Shown piece by piece: positions 35,645 to 47,604 of a DNA stretch of 64,000 bases (its first letter is position 1; every line of letters starts with the position of its first letter). Source of the DNA: Cyanophora paradoxa CCMP329 (lineage: Eukaryota > Plantae > Glaucophyta); the NCBI GenBank assembly GCA_004431415.1, contig QPMI01000044.1, positions 434,001 to 498,000 on the forward strand, read 5' to 3'. The translations under genes and the position numbers were made by a program. The notes under the pieces are model-generated. The model ran no database searches. It saw only the letters and a list, made by a program, of their open reading frames with translations, and had not been told where the DNA came from.

Positions 35645-35972
35645 AGCGCTTCGCCGCCTGCCTCCCCCTCGAGCCCCGCGTGCGGCTTCCGGCTTACAGC
35701 ACTCAGCGGCACTTCGAGAGCCATCCGCCGGCCGGATCTGCAGGCACGCGAGGCCTCAGGTGCAGCACGGCGCCTTGCTTCTCGTTCCGAAGATTTGATC
35801 ATGAGAGACGCGCGCGTCCGCATGCTCACGGCTCTTCGCAGGGCGATTCCGTGCAGCTCGCAAAAGCCGGCAACGCAGCATCAACGTTAACTCAGCTCCG
35901 GTGCGCTTGAGCCTCTCGCGACGCGCTGCGCCCGCCAGATCCGGACCTCACGGCTGTTCCTGATCAGCTGCA
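35645..35972 (+). repeat. Diverged partial copy of the macrosatellite unit's distal end
   Basis: Matches ~10805-11118 with many substitutions (gcgcttcgccgcctgcctccccctcgag...cacggctgttcctgatcagctgca). Confidence 0.8.
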
Positions 35973-36347
35973 TGGGGCATGTAGCTATTGCGTGTATGCT
36001 GCTCTTCTTCGGACCAACTTGGCAAGGACGCCCTTTTGTGACCTTCGAATTCCGGCATTTAGCTTCAACGCTAACCGGGATCCTTCCTCGCGTGGCTTGC
36101 AGGCCATCCGATGACCTTGCAGATATAGCTTCCTCCCCCAGACTTCGCGCCCCCCCCACCTCCCCCGTAGCTTCAAATAGAGAGTGCTTGATTTGATTTA
36201 TACATGCCGGTCTAGATCTGTACACAGTAAAAAACCCAACATATAAATAAGTAGCCGCTGAGCTATACATCGATCTGAAGGTGCAAGCCTCGAATTCGAA
36301 GCCCGCGCCGCGCGCGGCGCCGCACACGATGCCATCACACGTGCACT

Positions 36348-38660
36348 CTAAGCGGCGGCCGGGGCGGGGCCCGCGGCCACTGGGGCGGGGCCACCCGCGT
36401 CGATCGTGAGGAGGTCGGCCGGGAGTTCGATCCCGAGGGACGCGGCCGCCGCCTTGACCTCCTCGCAGGCCTCCTTGAAGGTCGCCTCGTCGTGCGACGC
36501 GCCGAAGAGGTCGGCCAGGCACGCGAGGACCTCTTCCTCGCTGAGGGCCTTGGGGCGCGCGAAGGGGCTGGCCCGCGAGAGGTGCCGCATCTTCTTGAAG
36601 AGGAGGCCCACGAACCGCAGGTCTCCGTACCTGCGCTTCATCACGTCCTGCGAGGGGTGACCCAGTCAGGGACCGATCAGGGATCAGGGCTCACAGCCTG
36701 ATCGGAAGCGAACCTGATCATCGCAGAGGAGGTGCAGGCTGTTCATGGGGTCTTCGCAGGGGGCCTTGAGCGTCTGGAGCCTGGTCGCCCAGAGCCTTGC
36801 GTACGAGCCCGTCGGGGCCGGCTTCCAGTCCTCCAGGCCGTGCTCGACGCAGAACTGGTGCCACTCCTCGCCGATGAAGGTGCTGAGCACGTTGAGCGTC
36901 TGCATCTGCTGGGCCGGATCGCTGCCGGTGTCGGCCATGCAGCGCTTGCCGGAGTTGGCCGCCGCCGACTTGCCGCCGGGCTTTGCCGCCTTCGCCTCGC
37001 CCGCGCCGGCTTTGAAGAAGGCGGCGTCCGCGAGCCGCGCCCTCTCCCAGAGCGCCGGGTCGTTGGAGGCGGCGCTCCGGTCCAAGAGCCCCCCGAGCAG
37101 TTTGCGGGCGCCGGGCACGTCGAGGCCGTCGACTTGGAGCCCCTCGGCCCCCGGCACCCCCGCCTCCCTCGCCAGCTTGACGATGTTCTCCGCCGGCCCC
37201 CGCATCTTCTCCGACAGCGGCTGGGGCTGGGGCTGGGGCTGGGGCGCCGGCGCCGGGGCGGGCTGGGGCGGGGGCGCAGGCGCAGCGCCGGCCTCCTCCG
37301 GCCCCGGCGCGTCCACCCGGTACAGGTTGCAGATGACGACGGGCGTCTTCCTCTTCAGGACCCTATTCGCCTTCTTCTTGCGGCGACCGTTCACCTGGCC
37401 AGCCGCCGCCGCCGCCGCCTCCTGCTCGGCGTCCCCCACCTGCTGGCCATTGGCTCCTCAGCGGCAATGGGAAGCGTGCAGAAAGGCCTCGCGCACCCAC
37501 GGTTCCCCGGGCGACTCCCGGGGCGATGGCGGGGGCGCGCGGTGCGCGGACGGCTCGGGGTCCTGCAAGCCGCCGTCAGCTGTTGGCCGAGCGCGCGCGT
37601 CAAGGCCGTACATCGTGCTCCTGCAGCTGGTCCCCGACGCCTGCCGCAGACTCGCTCCTCTGCCGCTCCCGCCCACGGCCCTGCCCCAGTGTTAGCGCCG
37701 GGCGCAGACTGCGCCTTTAGCTTCAGCTCGCGCACCCGGAACGCTCTCCGCATCCGCGTGAACTGCGCCGACGCAGCCACAATCGCCCGCCGCAGCCGAG
37801 CCTTGCAAGCCCGCCCCTCCGGGCCCGCGGTCGAGGGTGCTGGCTCAACGTTCAGCGCGCCGGCCTGCGCCCAACCGTGAGATTAATGGAAGAGGCCGCC
37901 GGCCGCCCGCGCGAAAAGCACCTCCCCGCGCCGCCGCTGGCGCGCCGGGGCGCCGGCCGCCTCCTCGCTGTCCCGACGGTCCTGCGCCGGCGGTCAGCAC
38001 CCAAGGCCTGGACCCCGATCGCAATGGCGAGCCGCACCTGGGGGTTGGGGGCGTCGATCCCGACGATTTCCTCGAGCGTCTCAGCTGACTGGAGCACGAA
38101 CTGCAGCGGCGGCCAGGCAGGGTCAGCGCATAGGCGGCTGGCAAGCCGGCCCGCGGCCCCCGCACCGTCTGAAGAGAGGCGCGGCTCCGAAGAACGACTT
38201 CGACCGCCTTGCCCAGAGCGCCGAGGCGGTCCATCACTTGCCGTGGGAGGGCGGCGGCGCCGTCGACGTCGGCATCGCCCTCGGCGTCGCACGCAATGCC
38301 GGCCTCACGGAGCTTCTTTATTAAACGCTCGATTGTAAGCAGAGATTGCTTCGAGCACTGGAGCAACATTCAGCGTCGCAAAGCGGAGCTGCAGAGGAGC
38401 ATTGCGGACTTTCGTACTGTCGTTCGGCAGCATCTTGTCTCTCGCTTTGTCTATCGCGAAATTTACCTAGTGAACGAGCATCGTGCGGGCGCGTCAGTGA
38501 ACGAGCGAATCTGATCAAAGCGCGAATGCTTCCGGGAGCTTACGAGAAGGGCGGCGGGAACAGCAACTGCAGGCGCCGCAAATCCGCTGCCCATGGCTAC
38601 GCATGCAGTGAAAGCGATCTCTGCTTTAGTGGCCTCGTAGAGGAAAGTTAACGCCGCCAT
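36348..38660 (-). CDS. Gene X: multi-exon hypothetical protein (helical N-terminus, Pro/Gln linker, helical C-terminal domain)
   Basis: MAALTFLYEATKAEIAF...; VNFAIDKARDK; CSKQSLLTIERLIKKL...; long GC3-biased exon 37439-36714; clean GT-AG intron 36713-36648 joins DDQ|DVMKRRYG; TAG at 36348-50. Middle exons uncertain; could be two genes. Confidence 0.6.
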
Positions 38661-38756
38661 TCTGAAGCTAGACGTCACTTGGCACCTGCAAAAGCCTGGT
38701 ACGCTAAAGCAGCGGCGTACCTCGCGTTGGCCTTCCCGTTCGATAAGACACAGCTG

Positions 38757-40620
38757 CGCGTGCAGGATTGATAACCTGTCGAACAGACCGCGTGTGCGTT
38801 CAGAGCGAGGTGCCCCCGCGCGCACTGAAGGGCGGCCAACCGAACGCGGTGCCCGCCGCAACTGCAACCCCGGCGCCGGCGCCAAGGCTTCGAGCATGCA
38901 ACCGAGCGCGTATAGATCTACTTCGCTCCTATCGCGGCTCTAGCTCGGCGGCGGCCCCGCCTAGCGCCGAGCGGGAGCCACGCACCTCGAGCGGCTCTTC
39001 CCGGGCTCCCGTGCGGCTGGCAGATGCTGAGGGACTGCCCGCTTGTCGACGTCCGCTGCTCTAACGCTGCAAGCGAGAGCCGGCCGCTACCGCTGCGTCG
39101 AAGCTGCCCGTACCCCCCTGCGCCGCTGAAACTTTAAGCCTGAAAGCTGCTCCAGTGCAGCTCCACCCGCGGTCCCGTGGGGCAGGAATCGATTGACGAT
39201 TGCGCTAGAGCCACCGGAGCTGCTTGCCGCCCCGCCGCTGCTGGAGCGACCAACGCTGGCACTCCCGTGCTGCAGCTACCATCTATGACATACAACGTGC
39301 TTCCCGCGGCTGAATGTCATCCGATGGCGCCGCGATGGCCGGGCATGGCCCCGATAGTGCGCAGCTGCATCAGCTGTCGTCTCCCGCTGCCACCGCGCGG
39401 GCTCCAACGGGCACCATCCACTGCAGCATCCGCAGCAGCACAGCTGTCGAGGCGCGCGGTCACGGCCAGCCGTCGCCGCCGATCGAGCGAATGGGCCGAT
39501 GACTTTGTTGTTGCCTCGCGCATGGTCGCCTCGGTCGGGCCTACAGCGCTACGCAGTAAAGCTAGCGAGCAGGTGGCGTGCTCTGGCTCGTTGAGCTGAT
39601 CCTATTCTGACTGCTCGAGTTCGCAGCGCGCGTATACCCGGCTCCGGTGAGCGCTTTCAATGGTCCACAGACGCCGCAGCGCGCGCTTGGAACGCTGCTG
39701 ATACGATCCCGCGTGCGGCAGCCTGGCAGCCTGCAGGGTGTTCGGAAGCAGTGGGAGGGCGCCCGCAGGCGGCCGATCCGTCGGCTCGGGGGGCCCCATC
39801 CGACCCCGCACGATCGCAGCGGGCTCCTATCTCCTCCTCGCCGCATAAAGGTCCGCTCTAGACCTTCGCCGCCATCTTTGAGTCGCTCCCCGCCCCTCTC
39901 ACGCCTTGCCCGGGAAGGTTTTTTCGGTGTACCCGTCCACCTCGGCGCCGCCGAGACCCGGCGATTGCACTGCTGGAATCTCCTTGTCATTCCCGATCGA
40001 ACGGTGTGCGGCACGCCTTGGGGGTGCGTCCAAAGTACCCGTACCCCTCTGCCCCTCCGGACCCGACCTTCGCCCCAGGACCCCGTTGAACTTTTGCCCG
40101 CCCCTTTCGAGCGCGGCGAATCCTATGGTGCGCACCGCGGCGGCCGTACCCACGATCCCGAAGCGCTAGGACCGAGGCCGGCCCTCTCATCAGGTCCCCG
40201 CCCGCTCCTGAGGCCGGCGCCGTGGTCAAAAGGGCCCTCACTCAGCTCAGAACTGCGCGCGGCGGGCGTTCTGCGGCTGATGCTCACGCCCCCGTTTCCT
40301 CGCGTCGTATTTGAGGGGTGCGAGCGCCCGGACGCCGGCTCCTCCAATGGCGCGGGCCGCCCTCTGAGCTTCGCGTCCGGAAGGCCCCGCGGGAAGGCGC
40401 CCCGGGCGCACGGGCTGGACGAGACGGGCCCGCCTGGCCGCCGGGGCCGGGGCCGGTGCGGCGGCGGGGACGGCCCCGGCCCCCGCGGCGCCTCGACCGG
40501 AGGCCGCTCTCTTTCTCTTTTCCGCCGACGGAGGCCGGCCCGCCGCCGGGGTTCTCCTGGCCGTCAACGGGCCGCGCCCGCTCCCTCCCGCCCCGCGCGC
40601 TCCCGCCCCGCCCGCGGGGA
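38757..40620 (-). repeat. Cassette A-B-C-D, inverted copy, immediately upstream of gene X
   Basis: Reverse complement of ~4790-6800, ending in the shared motif ttcgacaggtta..atcctgc.cgcgcag. Confidence 0.8.
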
Positions 40621-40797
40621 GGGGGGCGGGTGGCCCGGGCCGATGGTGGTTTCAGAGCCCGCGGTGGCCCGGGCGGCCCGGGCCGACGCTAGATTTGCAG
40701 CTGAGCTTCCCTGCAGCTGCTGCATGCTCGATGCATACACGGGAAAGACACAGTTGAAAACAAGATATCGGCTACAAATCTACACTGGAAAAGGCCA

Positions 40798-43700
40798 CTA
40801 GCCTAGTAGTAGGCTATTAGGCTTCGGCCCATCGGCCTCAGTCTCCTCATGGATTGCCTCTTCCTGATTTCTCGAATACCACCACGCTTTGATTTCGTAG
40901 TAGAGAGCTTGGACCAAAGGCCGCCACTCTTCGACCCGGTCGGCAGAGGCAACCTGCCGAGCATCCTTGCGGGCCCGAACTGCCTTCTGCTCGCGTACCC
41001 ATGAGCACGGTTCCCGATCAGCCCACTAGCGGTTCGAACGGACCTCATACTTAGCATGAAGTGCCAAGTAGTTCTCAGCAAGCGCTTTCTTGTTCGCCCG
41101 GAGTTTGCCGACGAGTCCGCTGCACTGGGTCGCGTTGAGCTTCCACTCCTGCTCGATCCCGGATCAGCGATGGCCCAGACGCTGACAGCTCGAACAAAAG
41201 CGGCAGACCTCGACCTGGGCTTCAAGCGCTTGCTTGTCCGCGCGAACTGCAGCGCTCTCGTTCAGAAGCGCTTGCTTGTCCTCCTGAAGTGTGCCTAAGG
41301 CTGTGTTCAGCTCGCCGACGCGCCCGCAGCACTGCGTCGCGTTGATTTTCCACTCCTGCCCAAGCCCGGATCAGCGATGGCCCAGACTTCGAATCCCACA
41401 GCTTAAGCAAAAGCCGCAGACCTCGACCAGCGCCTGGAGCGCTTGCTTGTCCACCCGAAGTGTGCCGATGATCGCATCGAGCTCCGCGCCGCGCACGCCG
41501 GCTTGGCTGGCTTGGTCCTGCGCTCTTGCGAGTTAGCGAGCCGGCTGCCCGCTAGCTGCCCGCGAGCCGGCTAGACTGCCGCGACGGACCTCGACGCGAG
41601 CGCGGAGCTCTGCCATCGCAGCATGGGCGGCCTCGAGCTCCGTGTCCTCTCCGCTGCGCTGCATACGTCGGTCAGCCCGGCCCACAGCTTGCGGGGTACA
41701 TGGGATCCGAAGAAGACCCGGGAGCGCACCGTGAAGAAGCCAAGGCGGCCCGGGATGCCCCAGCGCGACACCGCCTGCCGCGGGCGTCAGCTCGCGGCCA
41801 CAGCAGCAGCGGGCGGGTCGAGGGGCGCGCACGAAGGCCGCCACAGCGGCGACGGCGATGGAGCACGAGAGGCCGGCGAGCAGCGTGCGCCAGAACCGGA
41901 GGGAGGGGGCGGCGGCCTTCGTCGAGGCCGCCTCCCGCCCCGCCGCCTGCGCGGCTGGCTCACTCGCCTTCGCCATCTCCGTCTGCAGCTCTGTCTCGAG
42001 CCGAGCCGTCTTGGCACGCTGCTCCTTCAGCTCCGTCGTCTTAGCGGACAGCAGCCGAAGAGCAGCTTCCCGCACTGAACGGAGATCCCGCTCGAGCGCC
42101 TCCAGCCTCGCCCGGAGCTGAGCCGCCTCGCTGCGCGCCTCCTCCAGCTCCGCTGCCGCCGGCGCCCGCGCCTCTTCAATCCGCTGGTCCGCCTCGGCCC
42201 GCGCGGCCTCCATCTTCGCCCGCAGCTGCCGACGACGCCAGCGTCCCGCCGCCGCCGCCGCCGCACGGAGCTGGGCGAGCTGCTGCTCCAGCTGCGCCTT
42301 CGCCTCTCGCGCCGTGTCCCGATCGCCCGCCGCTGCCTCCGCGTCCGCCTGCAGCTGGGCGAGCTGTTCCTCGAGCTGCGCCTTCGCCACCCGCGCCGTG
42401 TCCCGATCGCCCGCCCCTGCCTCCGCGTCCGCCTGCAGCTGGGCGAGCTGCTCCTCGAGCTGCGCCTTCGCCACCAGCGCCGTGTCCCGCTCACCGACCA
42501 GGCCCGCCGCCTCGGCCCGCGCGGCCTCGACCGCCGTCCGCAGCTGCCGACGCCGCCAGCGCCCCGCCACCGCTGCTGCCGCCGCCGTCGCACGGAGCTG
42601 GGCGAGCTGCTGCTCCAGCTGCGCCTTCGCCTCTCGCGCCGTCTCCCGCTCGCCCGCCGCTGCCTCCGCGTCCGCCCGCAGCTGGGCGAGCTGGTGCTCG
42701 AGCTGCGCCTTCTCGTCTCGTGCCGTGTCCCGCTCCGCCGTCAGGTTCGCCGCAAGCGCCGCCGCCGCCGCCGCCGCTGTTGCCGCTTCCGCCCGCAGCC
42801 GGTCAGACTCCCCCTGGAACAGCTGTTTCTCAGCCCGTGCCGTCTCTAGCTCCGACATGACACGCTGGCGGAACGAGGGGCCAGCCTCATCTCTGCCTGC
42901 TCGGCGGCCCTGCAGCCGGCCGTCAGCATTTTCTCGGAACTGTTCGCAGTTGCTCGCGCGTTGGGCGCACCGCGTGACCGGCGGCGAGCGCCGCGTCGCG
43001 CTCCGCCACTTGCTCGTCTCCACTCGAGTAGTCCAGGGTCGAGTGGTCGCTTGAGCTGCGGGGGCCACGCGCCAGAGGCAGGGGCGTGGCTGGCTTCTCA
43101 TTTGATCGAGAATCGGGATCAGAGCGAGAAGACGAAGAAGAATAAGAGCCAAACGCGCCCGCACCACGTAAACGCTGTCTTCGAAGCCGTGCTCGACTGG
43201 ACCCTCATTAACTTGCGGCGGATAGAAGACGCTCTGCATTCAAAAAAACCAACTCTCTGATCAGCCGCGGCCGGGGGGGGGGGGGGGGGGGGGGAGGGGG
43301 GGGGGAGCGGGAGGATCCGCACCGGTAGGCGGAAGTCGTGCCCGTCTTTGTCTTTAATGTGGACGTCCTTTGCCGGAACGCCGCCCCCTCCCGGCTGCAG
43401 CTGGAAGACCATTCCGTGGGACTTCATGTTGAAGCCGGTGCCGGGCGCGGCAGTCGGGAGGCAGAAGGCGAGCTTCGTCTTCCCCGCGCCGACATCCACG
43501 ACGCAGCAGCGCAGCACAACCGCGTCGTTGTCGATGTTCACGATGACGGAGTCGCGCAGCGCCGGCTTCAGGAGCTCCCGAACGACCTCCGGCTTCCGCC
43601 AGCCATCCCTGTCGTTGTCGAAGAAAGCGATCCGAATGAAAAACTCTGCCGCCGTTGCTGGGCGTTAGAGCGAGGCGCGAGAGGTGAGAGAGACGTTCGC

Positions 43701-43928
43701 ACCCCGGTCAAGGGGCCCGTCGAGAACGAAAGTCCACAGTCCTGACGCGCCCTCGACCTCGGCTCCCAGCGCTGTGACCTCGTGATAGCCGTGGGTGCGG
43801 TCGCTGCAGAGAATGTGTTTTTGGATGGACTTCTCCTTGATAATCTTGGCCCCATGAACGAGGAAGAAGTCCCACAGCAGCTTGTACGGCCAGTGGTTCT
43901 TTCCATACGGTGTACGCGTGTGGATCAT
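40798..43928 (-). CDS. Gene Y: N-terminal globular beta-rich domain + 28-aa-repeat coiled coil + hydrophobic segment + second coiled coil
   Basis: MIHTRTPYGKNHWPYKLLWDFF...VVLRCCVVDV...FNMKSHGMVFQLQ...FFECRASSIRRK; five 84-bp repeats (ERDTAREAKAQLEQQLAQLRADAEAAAG) in ~42250-42740; FWRTLLAGLSCSIAVAAVAAFV; EWKINATQC and EWKLNATQC; last exon ...IKAWWYSRNQEE...LLLG-TAG. Start tentative. Confidence 0.7.
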
Positions 43929-44169
43929 ATTGGAAACTGCACGGCAAAAACGAAAGTCGGTTAGAAGAGCAGATCTGGGCCAGTGTCCAACTCAATAGCG
44001 TGCAGAGAACGCACGGACAAGGTCGCAGAACACTGCGACGAGAGGAAGATTTCTTTCAAAGAAGACGAGCGCACTCCCCGGCAGTTTCTGTCTGCTCCAA
44101 CCACCGCTAAGATGTCTATGGTTATGCTCGATCGAACTTCACAGCGTGCGCATGCTTTGAGCAATGCGT

Positions 44170-44790
44170 ACGCAGCGGCGAACCTCACTTCGTAGTTTCC
44201 GTTCGATGAGGGCGGCAACGCGGACGAGACTGCGCGCGCAGGATCGCTAACCTGTCGAAAAGACGGTGTGAGCGCTCGGAGCGGAGCGAGCGTACGAAGC
44301 GGAGGCGAAGGTGGAGTCGGATTTGATCTGGTCGGCCGCGGCGAGCTTCGACTGCAGCACCGATGCGGCAGCGACGCTCCGAGCGTGCATGCGAGGTCGT
44401 AAAGATCTAAGATTCCCGCGTCCCTCGCGGCTCTAGCTCGGCCTTCGACTGGAACGGCGGCGGGCTCCGCCTAGCGCAGAGCGGCAGCCACGCACCTCAA
44501 GCGGCTCTTTCCGAGCTCTCGTGCTGCAGGCCGAGGCTGAGGGCCTGCCCGCTGCTCTGGCGCTGCAAGCGAGCGCCCGCCGCTAGCTGGTCGTACCCCC
44601 CTCTGCGCGGCAAGCCGCTGCAGCCGCTGAGCAGCCGCTGAGCGGGGAATCGCAGCTTGCCGCCCCGCCGCCGCCCCGCCGACGCTGGATCGCCCGAAAT
44701 TGAAGCTGGATCTCCCGTGCCGCAGAAAGCACGTTCGACGTCAAATGCACGTCTGAGCGCAGCTGAAATGTCATCCGATGGCGCCGCTGG
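44170..44790 (-). repeat. Cassette segment D, inverted copy, upstream of gene Y
   Basis: Reverse complement of ~6220-6870, e.g. gaccagatcaaatccgactccacct at 6704 vs 44309-44333. Confidence 0.85.
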
Positions 44791-44986
44791 CTAGCGCTCT
44801 TGCTGTCTTGCTGGGTCGCTCGCCCAGCTGGCGACCACGCGAGCTCCATCGTGGGCCACGTGCACCCGCCGCGGCACAGCTGTGCCATGTATATGCAACG
44901 CGCCTGCGGTTGTCGAAGACGAGCGATGCATGGGTCGCTTGGCTGTCTATCCCGCCTGTACCCGTCGTCCCTGTCCCAAACCGAGA

Positions 44987-47604
44987 ATGCCGACGAAGCG
45001 TGCGCTGATCGGTGCGTCTCCTTGCTCTCATTGTGCCTGCTTCATTTCTGACAATCGCGCGCCTCCTGCAGTGGGCATCAAGTACAGTGCGCCAGCCGAC
45101 ACCGCCAAGCGCGGTTGGGGAACTTGGGGCTAAGCGGGCCGGCTCGCAGTTGAGTGGCCGAGGGGCACGCTCAACGGATGCGTCAATGACGCGTGCGCAC
45201 ACCCCGCCCCGAACCTTAACGGATGAGCTATCGATAGCTCCGAACGTTAACTAGCTTTGAGAGCCGGACCGCGGCGCCTGCTCGAACTGCACGCCTAGCT
45301 TTAGCTTATGCCTGTGACACTGTATCGACCGCGAGCTCGCCGTGTCACTGATTCCGATCCACGCCGCCCGCTGCCCTCCGACTCGGTCATCAGGAACACT
45401 TGGTGCGGACGGCGCCCGGCGCCGCTCCCTGCTCCGTCGCCGTGCGCTTCTAACTTGACTTCGTCGTCGGCGGCAGGAAGGAGATTATAACGGGTGAGCG
45501 CGAGCGGGCGGAATTCGGAAAGCCCAGCCTGGGCCGACGCCTGCGGCCGACGTCAACGCGCCGCGCGCGCCGCGCAGGTACCTTCGGGTACGCTGAGGAG
45601 AACGTGAAGATGATCATAGAGAAGCCAGGCTTCGTGCGCTCCTGCCCCCGGCCCGGCTCGCAAGTTGTGGAGCTGCTGCAAGTCTGACGGGGCGCCGCCG
45701 CGGCCCGCCGGCGCAGGTCCAGCCGACGCGCGCGAACATTATGGAGGGCCTCTCCTGGCTCGTGTCCGGGGCGCAGCCGGGGGACCAGCTCTTCTTCGGG
45801 TACTCGGGGCACGGAAGCCAGCGCGCCGACGAGGTGAGCCGTACCCCCCTCCCTCCCCCCCCCCGGAGGGAGCGAGCCCGAGTGCAGGGTAAGGATGAGG
45901 TGGACGGAAAGGACGAGTGCCTCGTACCCATGGACTTCCAGACCGAGGGGTACATTCGCGACGACGAGCTGGTCCGCCTCGGCTGTACCCCCGCCCCACT
46001 GCCTGCGCTGCCCCCGTCGTCTAACACTGGTACCCCCCGCAGAACAAGCTCCTGGTCGTGCAGCCGCCCCCGGGGGTCCGCATCACAGTGGTGGGCTGTA
46101 CCCCCCCCCTGGGACCGCCTGCAGCGCTGCCAGCTGCTAACACTCGGTCAGATCTTCGACTGCTGCCACTCGGGCAGCGGTGCGCCTGCCTGCCTGCCTG
46201 CCACGCTGTACCCCCGCGTCGCCCCGACGCGCTAGCTTGATACGGTACCCCCCAGGGATCGACCTGGACTACACGATCATGACGGCCGCGGGCTTCTCCC
46301 TCGCCACGGCGACCGCCGCGAAGGACCCCATGGTTCGCCGTGGCGTCGTACCCCGCTAGCCTAGCCCGCCCTCCGCGCCCGCTGACGGGCGGCTGCGCTC
46401 GCCCGGATCCCACCTAGCTCTCCGCCGAGCTCCAGGGGAAGGGCGTCGACCTGGACGAGGACGGGGACGGAGTGCGGGTGGGCTGCTGCGGGCGCAGGCA
46501 CAGTAAGCCCCGCGCCACCGCGCCGCCCGTCGGGGCCGAGGCCGCGGCCGGCGCGGACGCCGAGCCCTCCATCGACACCGTCGTGGTCGCCCAGGTACAC
46601 ATACCCCTCCCAGTCTGCAATGCTTTGTACAGGATTCGAACCCGGGCCGCGCGCGGCGCAGGTGGCGAACATGCAGGCGAAGGCGGTCGGCTCGAAGCCG
46701 TTCGCCCCGGCGGCCAAGCCGGGGGCCCCCGCCGCCTCCCCCGCCGTCGCTGCAGGCGCGCTCCTCCTCGTACCCCCCTCCGCCCCGCGCTCCTCATCGT
46801 ACCCCCCCGCAGCGATGGCGAAGGTGGCGAAGAAGCCCGGGAAGGCAAGCGCCTTCCAAGGCCTGGTGGGCAAGGTCGCCGCCGCCAAGCCGCCGGCCCC
46901 GGCCCCGGCCCCGGCGGCGCCCGCCGCGCCGGCCGCGGCGGCCCCCGCCCGGCTCCGGCGAAGCCGGCGCCGGGCGCCCTCGCCGTCGCCACCATCAACA
47001 AGCAGGCGCGGCCGCCCGTCGCGCAGCCGACCCCCGGTGCGGCCGCCCGAATCATTTCTGATCTGACCTGATGTAATCTGATCTGACCTGATCTGATTTG
47101 ATCCCTTCGCGCAGCCGACCAGAAGCCGCGCATCGTCCTCTACTCGGCGTGCCTGGACGAGCAGACGAGCCAGGACGGGCTCTTCGGCCGTGCGCGCGCC
47201 CCCGACCCAAATTTAAACCCCGTCGGCTCAGGCTCAGGTGAGTCTGACAACTCAAACAGTGAAGAACAACGACTACCGCTACGCTGGGGCGCTCACGTAC
47301 GCGTTCAAGCTCGCCCTCGACTGCGCCAAGCAGGTGCGCCGGCTCAGCCTGGCAACCTCAGGCTCAGGCTCAGGTGAACCTGAGCCCCGGCCCCCCTCGG
47401 CCTCGCAGGCGGGCACGCAGCAGTCGCACGCGGTGATCTTCCAGGCCCTAAGCGACTTCATGCGCCAGCGGGCGCGCCCCGCCCCGCCCCGCCCTCGATC
47501 GAGCCGCCCCGGCCCTAATCGCCGCGCCGCAGAAACTGGCGCAGCGGCCCATTCTGAGCGCGTCTTACGACATGGAGGAGGAGAAGGAGGTCTTCGAGAT
47601 CTAG
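44987..47604 (+). CDS. Metacaspase (peptidase C14B), no prodomain, long Ala/Pro/Lys-rich p20-p10 linker
   Basis: Spliced: MPTKRALIVGIKYIEWPRGTLNGCVNDANTWKEIITGTFGY...PTRANIMEGLSWLVSGAQPGDQLFFGYSGHGSQ...DEVDGKDECLVPMDF...IRDDEL...IFDCCHSGSGIDLDY; p10 IVLYSACLDEQTSQD...GALTYAF...QRPILSAS; TAG at 47602-04. Confidence 0.92.

Noticed and set aside
4790-44790. Whole region as a single TIR transposon or Polinton
   Set aside because: Arms are diverged and rearranged, with no sharp termini or TSD, and no transposase, integrase, polB or capsid gene was seen.
47055-47102. (ATCTG)n-like pentamer run
   Set aside because: Ordinary intronic microsatellite within the metacaspase gene.
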